A stretch of 64,000 bases of DNA from an archaeon (GTDB taxonomy: Archaea > Methanobacteriota_B > Thermococci > Methanofastidiosales > NM3): the NCBI GenBank assembly GCA_004212155.1, contig RXIG01000002.1, positions 24,820 to 88,819 on the forward strand, written 5' to 3'. Below are positions 57,912-64,000 of this stretch, piece by piece (position 1 is the first letter of the stretch; every line of letters starts with the position of its first letter). Position numbers and translations under genes: made by a program. Below the pieces are notes generated by a model. It saw only the letters and a list, made by a program, of their open reading frames with translations, did not search any database and was not told where the DNA came from.

Positions 57912-58855
57912 TCTTCTTTTCTTACCTTATTTTTTACTTCTTTTCCTTCTATATACCGCAGCACGTTCTCGCTGCAGTAGCGTACCGTACGCAGTCGCCA
58001 TCCCTCGACCATCGCTGCATTGTGCGGCGTGGCGAGCACGTTTGGCAGCTCGAGGAACGGGTGTGCCTGTTCCCACCGCGCGCCCTTGTGTGGATAGTGC
58101 CACCATACGTCAAGCCCCGCGCTGAAGTCGGGGTGTGACACGAGGTGTTCATAGAGGTCGCCCTCGACGATGATCTCACCCCTCGATACGTTGATAAGCG
58201 TTGCATCGTCTTGCATCATCGAAAGGGCCTTTGCGTCGATGAGCCCCCTGGTGTGCACCGTGAGCGGTATGGAGAGCACGATGAAGTCAAGGTCGTGGAG
58301 TATGCCGTGCAACCCTCCGAGCGTGACCGTGATGTCCGCATCGCTTGTCCCCGTGCTGTTTACCGCATAGACCTCCATTTCAAACGCCCGTGCGTACCGG
58401 CCGATGCGCGCGCCTATCTCACCATACCCAATGATGCCGATGCGTTTTCCCGCAAGCTCGGCCGCTAGGGGCGACTGTTGGGAGAAGACTCCCTTGCTCA
58501 AGCTTTCATGATGTTCCTTGATGTGCTTGGAAAGCGCAAGGAGCATGGCAAACGCATGTTCGGCAACAGGTGTGGCATTGCTCCCGGAGCATGACGCCAC
58601 GGTTATGTGGGAAGGAATCGAGGAAAAGTCAAGGCGGTCGACGCCAGCGAAGAGGTACTGCATGAACTCAAGCCGCTTCATGGACGAAAGGAGCGGGGCT
58701 ACCGTGCGCCACGAACGAAAGATGAGCACCTGTGCATCGCCCATATCTCCCTCGGGCGTCACATCGTCCAGATAGGTGACGTTGTGTCGGGAGAACGTGT
58801 GGTCGAAGACCTCTCGTTCCTCTTCACTATACGTTCCTTCAATGAGAATGTTCAT
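57899..58855 (-). CDS. D-isomer-specific 2-hydroxyacid dehydrogenase family protein
   Basis: GKRIGIIGYGEIGARIGRYARAFEMEV (NAD motif), LINVSRGEII and ATPHNA. Start taken at MNILIEG. Confidence 0.8.
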   Translation of the reverse strand: MNILIEGTYSEEEREVFDHTFSRHNVTYLDDVTPEGDMGDAQVLIFRSWRTVAPLLSSMKRLEFMQYLFAGVDRLDFSSIPSHITVASCSGSNATPVAEHAFAMLLALSKHIKEHHESLSKGVFSQQSPLAAELAGKRIGIIGYGEIGARIGRYARAFEMEVYAVNSTGTSDADITVTLGGLHGILHDLDFIVLSIPLTVHTRGLIDAKALSMMQDDATLINVSRGEIIVEGDLYEHLVSHPDFSAGLDVWWHYPHKGARWEQAHPFLELPNVLATPHNAAMVEGWRLRTVRYCSENVLRYIEGKEVKNKVRKEDYLM

Positions 58856-58871
58856 CGTCGCATCCCTCTTG

Positions 58872-59435
58872 TCACTCGCTGTCCGCCTCGCCCATGGAAA
58901 AGCCATGCGTGCCGATGATGTCACCAAACGTGTAGTAGACGCCCTGGGCGTAGATTATGGGATTGAGCTTGTCCGTATCAGGGCGCGCATGCATGAGCAC
59001 CTCCTCGTCGATAGCGACGGAGGCTACCTGCCCGATGAAGAGGTCGTGCGAGCCAAGGTGGACCGTCTTGTCAAGGTAGCATTCGATATTGACTGGGCAT
59101 TCCTTGATCCGCGGTGCACTCACCTTTGTTGACGCCTCGGGCGTGAACGAACACTCTTTGAACTTGTCGACGTCCTTTCCCGATACGCTTCCGCACAGGT
59201 CGACCTTCCTGACATCGGAGGCGCGGGGGAGGTTGACGACGAAGTCCTTTGTCTCCATGATAAGGTTGTATGAGTATCGTGTAGGGGTGACAGCGATGCT
59301 TACCATCGGCGGGTCGAGGCATGCCGTCGATGCCCATGCGATGGTGATGATATTGGGCGACTCGAGCGAGCCGCATGATACCAGGACGGCGGGATGGGGG
59401 AAAAGTGCGGTATAGGGGGCGATATCCTTTTTCAT
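58872..59435 (-). CDS. Flavin reductase-like FMN-binding split-barrel protein (flavoredoxin-like)
   Basis: PHPAVLVSCGS...PNIITIAWASTACLDPPMVSIAV...TKDFVVNLP...HDLFIGQVASV. Confidence 0.75.
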   Translation of the reverse strand: MKKDIAPYTALFPHPAVLVSCGSLESPNIITIAWASTACLDPPMVSIAVTPTRYSYNLIMETKDFVVNLPRASDVRKVDLCGSVSGKDVDKFKECSFTPEASTKVSAPRIKECPVNIECYLDKTVHLGSHDLFIGQVASVAIDEEVLMHARPDTDKLNPIIYAQGVYYTFGDIIGTHGFSMGEADSE

Positions 59436-59513
59436 ATATCCTCTTCGCACTGGAAATTATTTAATCTTGTGTTCGGCCGATGAACGCCCAAAGGCATGAA
59501 CGCATTGTATTCA

Positions 59514-59885
59514 TCAGGTCTGGTATTTGTCAAGGCCCATCTTCTGTTCTCCGGAAAAGTAACTAAGCACGAACTCCCAGGCATGTTCATATCCTAGCGA
59601 GGATGGGTCCCTGAACGTCTGTTCTAGGCGTCCCTGCACGTTCGAGCGAAGAAGCTTGGCTGCCCCGGCATCCACCTCATTGTGAAGGAGCTTGTAAAAG
59701 AGGCTGTCGCGTTCGTTGTTCTCAATGGAGGCCACGAGGCCGTAGAGGGCCTTTTTGTACCCTTCTTCATACGATGAAGCAGGTGCGTGGCTCGCTGAGA
59801 GTATGTCGCTTGCCTTGTTCGTCTCGCCCTGCTCGAGGAACCGTATGAGCTTTATCGTGTCAAGCTCAGTAATCATCGTACTCAC
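59514..59885 (-). CDS. Hypothetical protein (123 aa)
   Basis: ORF overlaps the FAU-1 3' end by 20 nt on the same strand. Protein-like composition, no family recognised. Confidence 0.4.
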   Translation of the reverse strand: MSTMITELDTIKLIRFLEQGETNKASDILSASHAPASSYEEGYKKALYGLVASIENNERDSLFYKLLHNEVDAGAAKLLRSNVQGRLEQTFRDPSSLGYEHAWEFVLSYFSGEQKMGLDKYQT

Positions 59886-61251
59886 GCTCTGTGTCTGAGA
59901 GCAGGTAGGTCGCTTCGTTCTTGGCTATCTCTGCTATCTTCCTCGAAAAAACGCCTTCCTCTACACGTTTTTGAAGCAGGTCCTCGTCTATGATCTCCGG
60001 TGCCTCACCCGGTCGGCGCACGACGTCGATCTCGAGGTCGATATATCTGATGCGCGAGGGAAAGATCTCGATAGGCGTGCAGATGTTGTGGTATTCCCCC
60101 TTGATGGTGCTGTCGCGGTCATAATAGGTGTGGGTAAAGTGCCACGCCCCTTCCTTCATCTCGGTGATCGCATAGTCTCCCGGCTCCTTGGGCACGTTGA
60201 GTCCGTCGTAGTGTCCGCGCGACGAGATGTAGCGTTTCAGCTTGATATAGGGGGGTGCGAACTTCTTCACCTTGGCCCCCTCGATGTAGACGGGGTGCGA
60301 AGAGGGCTTTATGTGTTCGAGCGTTACGTCGTCGCCTATCTTCGGACCCTTCACCTGCCTGAACACGGAGGTGAACAGCTCGTCGATCCCCTCGATGTCA
60401 CGTTCGCCCTTGATCTTCTCGATGACGTCGACGGCAAACGAGATGTCGCGTCCTGCCGATTTGAGCATGTGATGGTACTCGATCGTAGGCACGACCTTGC
60501 CACGGATCGAGTCGAGAGACTGTTTCGTCTGTCCACCGAAGATGACCTTCATGTGGTGCTTGCCCTCCTTGATCAGGCCGGGGCCCTCGAGCTCGGTGAA
60601 TCGGTCCATGACATACTCTGCGTTCTTTGCAAGCTCCTGGGCCTCATGGAGCAACGTCTCCTCTCCCACGTACTCGGACGACGTCCTCCAGAGGACGCCG
60701 AAGTTCTTCGGCTTTGCGCGTTTGCCCACCTCGATGAGCCGTTCGCGCTCAGACTCGTCACGTATCTTACGCGAGATCTTCACATCGTTTTCAGGTATGA
60801 TGACGCAGTACTCGCCCGAGAACGTGATCCTCGTCGTGAGCGTGGGCTTGCCGTTCATCTCCAACACCTGGACGAGCACCTCTTCCTCCTCCGTCTGTTC
60901 GGGGAGGATGCCGATGTCCTGGCCCAGGTTGATGATGGTCTCGTGATTCGTCTTGATCACGGAGCCCTTGTAGATGCCGTATAGCTCGATGTTTGACTTG
61001 AGGATAAATGCGTCGTTGAACGTTTCCACCATATCACGCGCGATGCGTTCGAGCGATTCCTTGTCGCCCACCATCGAGATGCCCTGCAAGTCTCGGGTAT
61101 GCTTCACGTCGACGTCTGGGATGTCGTGCGTCTCGTAGGAGGGAAATCGTTCCCGTATAACATCCGACATCTGATTGATCATGTATTCCTTGTTGATAAA
61201 GAATTTTGTAAGGGCGGTGGTATATATTCCCCTAATTCGTATTGATGTCAT
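59866..61251 (-). CDS. FAU-1-like RNA-binding protein / RNase E/G-like with a DUF402-type C-terminal domain
   Basis: N-terminal MTSIRIRGIYTTALTKFFINKEY matches the archaeal FAU-1 signature start. Length of about 460 aa is as expected. Confidence 0.7.
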   Translation of the reverse strand: MTSIRIRGIYTTALTKFFINKEYMINQMSDVIRERFPSYETHDIPDVDVKHTRDLQGISMVGDKESLERIARDMVETFNDAFILKSNIELYGIYKGSVIKTNHETIINLGQDIGILPEQTEEEEVLVQVLEMNGKPTLTTRITFSGEYCVIIPENDVKISRKIRDESERERLIEVGKRAKPKNFGVLWRTSSEYVGEETLLHEAQELAKNAEYVMDRFTELEGPGLIKEGKHHMKVIFGGQTKQSLDSIRGKVVPTIEYHHMLKSAGRDISFAVDVIEKIKGERDIEGIDELFTSVFRQVKGPKIGDDVTLEHIKPSSHPVYIEGAKVKKFAPPYIKLKRYISSRGHYDGLNVPKEPGDYAITEMKEGAWHFTHTYYDRDSTIKGEYHNICTPIEIFPSRIRYIDLEIDVVRRPGEAPEIIDEDLLQKRVEEGVFSRKIAEIAKNEATYLLSDTEREYDDY

Positions 61252-62029
61252 GTGATTCACCATATTTGTATACTTTCGTTCCCCCCCTCATCTTATATTG
61301 CAAGATGCCGTATCTTGTGAGCACATCGAGGATCTCATCGATCCTGTTCTTTGAGAGGGAGAGATTGTTTTCGATAAAACGAGGTTCTACCCACATCACG
61401 TTCTGATCATGGAATGATCGTATCTCCTTGATCACCATGGCCTCGTCCGTTTCGAGCACCGACTCCGGATTGTTCTTGACGAGAAGCGACACCTTCCGTT
61501 CATACGTTTCCACCCGAGTGTTGAGCGAAACGACCTTCGCATCGAGCGCCTCCACGCGTTCCATCAGGTCCTCTCTTTTCTTGCCCTCGATAAACTGTCT
61601 GAACGTGATCTCCGTGAGTTCGGCCGTGACTTCCCCTATGAACAGTGATAATACGTATTCTGCGCTTACCAAGCTCCTTTTGAGGAGTGATAGATGTTTA
61701 GAAAACGTCGTACGGTCACGCGCCTGCAGCGACTCCTTGAGCGCTTCCAGCTTCAATGCAGTCTGGTAGAAGAACTTGCATAGTTCGGTCGAGTCCTTCT
61801 CTATGCTCTTGTTCGAGAAGAGCACACTCGCCTTCTTCCCCACCTCCTCTACGGTGTACATGGAGTTTATGACGGTCTGATAGAGGAAGGAGAGCGTTTC
61901 CACGGTGGCAGAATTGTGCTCCATATCGTGGAGTATTTCTGTAATATGGAGGAATTCATTTTTTACCTCGTGAACTTGTTCCTGCACCTTTTCTATCTCA
62001 GCCTTCTGTTCCTTTTCTATTTCGACCAT
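61232..62029 (-). CDS. Hypothetical coiled-coil protein with a C-terminal winged-helix-like segment
   Basis: Start taken at MVEIEKEQ. The C-terminal LSLSKNRIDEILDVLTRYGILQYKMRGGTKVYKY is wHTH-like. Overlaps the FAU-1 start. Confidence 0.45.
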   Translation of the reverse strand: MVEIEKEQKAEIEKVQEQVHEVKNEFLHITEILHDMEHNSATVETLSFLYQTVINSMYTVEEVGKKASVLFSNKSIEKDSTELCKFFYQTALKLEALKESLQARDRTTFSKHLSLLKRSLVSAEYVLSLFIGEVTAELTEITFRQFIEGKKREDLMERVEALDAKVVSLNTRVETYERKVSLLVKNNPESVLETDEAMVIKEIRSFHDQNVMWVEPRFIENNLSLSKNRIDEILDVLTRYGILQYKMRGGTKVYKYGESHDINTN

Positions 62030-62236
62030 GGCATAGAAGTTATTTCGTTTCGTCCTTATTAATGTATGTTTCTTGCCGTTGACCCGTGCGCGATGGGGCG
62101 GCAGCATTCATTACGGTCACGCCAATCACCCGGCAATGGCGACATAGCCACCAGGACGCCGCCCCGAGGCCCATAAAAATGAAAGGTGCCAAATGGGTCG
62201 TTATGCCCTACCCCCTCCAAAAGAGATTAGGCAGTG

Positions 62237-62283
62237 CATGTGGTGCAATGGGGCGCACATGTGCACACCCGCAGCTACATGTG
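62237..62283 (+). promoter_or_regulatory. Three CATGTG boxes spaced 21 and 20 bp apart, upstream of a TATA-like TTTTTTATATG (62305-62315)
   Basis: CATGTG at 62237-62242, 62258-62263 (inside the 10-bp palindrome GCACATGTGC) and 62278-62283. ATG of the HTH gene is at 62351, with AGGTGA at 62341-62346. Confidence 0.35.
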
Positions 62284-62350
62284 CCCTGAGGGACATAGAC
62301 GAGATTTTTTATATGTTCATTTTCATACGACTAGCAACACAGGTGATACG

Positions 62351-62695
62351 ATGGTCAGTGAAGAGATCAGGTCAACTATTTGTGAATATCATGACAGTGG
62401 CATGCATATCAACGAGATAGCAGCACGTCTCCTCCTCGACGTATCGACCGTTCGAGACGTCATCGAGGAATACGAGTCGCAACACAAGAAGATCAAGGAG
62501 AAGGATGAGCGGTATTCTTTTGTTTTGGAACAGCTGCAACAGGGCGTTCGAACGCTTCATGAGCACAACGAGACGCTCTTTTCCCAGGGCCTCTATGACG
62601 AGTACTTCATGGGATATGAAGAGATGCTTGCATCGCTTGAACTCTACCTTACTGCGCTCGAACAGCGCGAATCCGAATTAGGGAACGATACGTAA
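62351..62695 (+). CDS. Small HTH-domain protein (114 aa)
   Basis: ICEYHDSGMHINEIAARLLLDVSTVRDVI resembles resolvase/IS-type or sigma-r4-like HTH. The C-terminal part is helical. Confidence 0.5.
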   Translation: MVSEEIRSTICEYHDSGMHINEIAARLLLDVSTVRDVIEEYESQHKKIKEKDERYSFVLEQLQQGVRTLHEHNETLFSQGLYDEYFMGYEEMLASLELYLTALEQRESELGNDT

Positions 62696-62754
62696 AAAAC
62701 GTAAGAAATATATAAATATTATAATGAAGATGTATATGGAAAGAAGGTAGTCGC

Positions 62755-63132
62755 ATGGCTCTTGAGATACTGGGACTTGGTCTAGCCGCACTCCTGGCGG
62801 CGGTCGTTATATTCTTTGTCGTAATGGCGTTTTTCATCTGGATCGGCGCAAAGTTCGCCGCCATCAAGAATGCGTCGTTTGGCAATGCATTCGTTTCGGC
62901 CATAGGCATCACCATCCTCACCATCGTGCTTGGGGCCGTGCTCGCATTGCTCAATATCACCAGCGGCGGCCTCGTGGGGACCCTCATAAGCATCCTCGTC
63001 ACCGTATGGGTGATCAAGTCCGTCTTCGACACAAACTGGGGCCGTGCCTTCATCGCATGGATCTTCTCAATCATCGGAGCCTTCGTCGTTGGCATCATCA
63101 TCGTCGTCGTGCTTGGTGCGTCGTTGTTGTGA
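62755..63132 (+). CDS. Small integral membrane protein (about 4 TM segments)
   Basis: 125 aa, almost entirely hydrophobic segments separated by short polar loops. Confidence 0.5.
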   Translation: MALEILGLGLAALLAAVVIFFVVMAFFIWIGAKFAAIKNASFGNAFVSAIGITILTIVLGAVLALLNITSGGLVGTLISILVTVWVIKSVFDTNWGRAFIAWIFSIIGAFVVGIIIVVVLGASLL

Positions 63133-63286
63133 AAAAAAGGCTGCCCAGCACAACCAACCTTTTAAAAATCGTCTGAAATAGGAACAATAATTATTTAAAT
63201 AGTTACGATTTACCAACGTTCTAACTTAAATAATCTTTTCCATCTTTCAAAGATGACATTTAGTTGTATTCTAGTGGTGGACGTAA

Positions 63287-63724
63287 ATGACCAATAGTAT
63301 ATATTCTTGTATGAAATGTGGCACATGTACAGGCGCATGTCCATCAGGTCGCGTCGTAGCATTCAGGACGCGAAAGATCGTCGAGGACCACTGTAATGGT
63401 GAGATCGACCTTGGCGACGAGTCGTTGTGGTATTGCACCACATGTTACAACTGCATGGAGCGGTGTCCGAGACACATCGACATTACCGATGATATCCTCG
63501 GCCTGAGGGAACAGGCATACCGCGCCGGAAAGGCGCTTTCCCCCCACCTCAAGGTGCTGGGGTATCTTCACAAGACGGGACATGCAGTCCCCATCAACGA
63601 GAAGGTGGCCGACAAGCGTGCATCGCTCGGTCTGTCCCGGCTGCCCCCGACGACCCATTCCTACGAGGATGCGCTTGAAGAAGTGAGGCGCATCCTCGAG
63701 GGGGAGGGTGTCTCAGGTGAGTAA
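63287..63724 (+). CDS. hdrC: Heterodisulfide reductase subunit C
   Basis: CMKCGTCTGACPSG and CTTCYNCMERCPR are two 4Fe-4S ferredoxin motifs. 145 aa. Confidence 0.9.
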   Translation: MTNSIYSCMKCGTCTGACPSGRVVAFRTRKIVEDHCNGEIDLGDESLWYCTTCYNCMERCPRHIDITDDILGLREQAYRAGKALSPHLKVLGYLHKTGHAVPINEKVADKRASLGLSRLPPTTHSYEDALEEVRRILEGEGVSGE

Positions 63725-64000
63725 GACGTTCTCGTTCTTCCTGGGATGTCTCATCCCCAACAGGTTCCCAGAGCTCGAGAAGGCATCGCGATTCGTCTGC
63801 GACGCGCTTGACATAGGCCTTGAGGAGATGGAAGGCGCATCGTGCTGTCCGGCCCCAGGCGTGATCAAGTCGTTTGACAAGACGCTCTGGTACAAGGTCG
63901 CCGGTAGGAATCTCTCGCTTGCCGCGGCACAGGGCAACGACATCCTCGTTCTCTGCAACGGGTGCTACGGTACGCTAAAGGACGTTTCAATGGTGCTTCG
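63717..64000 (+). CDS. hdrB: Heterodisulfide reductase subunit B, 5' part (runs off the right edge)
   Basis: Hand translation from GTG 63717: VSKTFSFFLGCLIPNRFPELEKASRFVCDALDIGLEEMEGASCCPAPGVIKSFD...LVLCNGCYGTLKD. This is the CCG-domain pattern CxxCCPxPG...CNGC. Overlaps the hdrC stop. Confidence 0.85.
   Translation, partial: MSKTFSFFLGCLIPNRFPELEKASRFVCDALDIGLEEMEGASCCPAPGVIKSFDKTLWYKVAGRNLSLAAAQGNDILVLCNGCYGTLKDVSMVL

Overview
Dense archaeal chromosomal segment with about 70 genes, GC in the mid-50s % by eye. I saw no CRISPR array, transposase or integrase. Two information-processing clusters form the backbone. The first (11.8-23.8 kb) is an orphan 5S rRNA + tRNA-Asp + tRNA-Lys followed by rpoH, unsplit rpoB, rpoA', rpoA'', L30e, NusA, S12, S7 and EF-2. 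The second (53.7-57.9 kb) is TFS, an OB-fold protein, PCNA, a GINS-like protein, L44e, S27e, aIF2-alpha, Nop10 and PAC2. Around them lie: a nucleoside/pentose-salvage group (PfkB-like kinase, two eIF-2B-family isomerases, amidohydrolase, DeoC, archaeal GAPDH); a NikR-controlled metal ABC importer; RecJ/GAN-like and TrkA-N-DHH phosphoesterases; NadC; envelope proteins (GT-C/STT3-like, DUF373 fused to a 7-blade propeller, secreted Lon-like protease); gyrB without gyrA; Nth; MobB; Trm5; ArcTGT; FAU-1; and hdrC plus the start of hdrB at the right edge. Unsplit rpoB, an unlinked 5S, DNA gyrase and hdrCB together fit a Thermoplasmata-type euryarchaeon, plausibly Methanomassiliicoccales-like. That is an inference and cannot be proven from this window. 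Four genes absent from the supplied ORF track were recovered by hand: a truncated ABC ATPase at 1-273, S27e, Nop10 and the hdrB 5' end. The best second-look candidates are: (1) an overlapping pair of stand-alone Cas4-family nucleases, one canonical and one with catalytic motifs erased; (2) a tRNA-Val-adjacent type IIG-like methyltransferase fusion followed by an RNase H-fold exonuclease; (3) a 610-bp non-coding gap packed with short hairpins; (4) an apparently inactivated MPN domain fused to TPR repeats. No candidate can be called a new system from sequence inspection alone.
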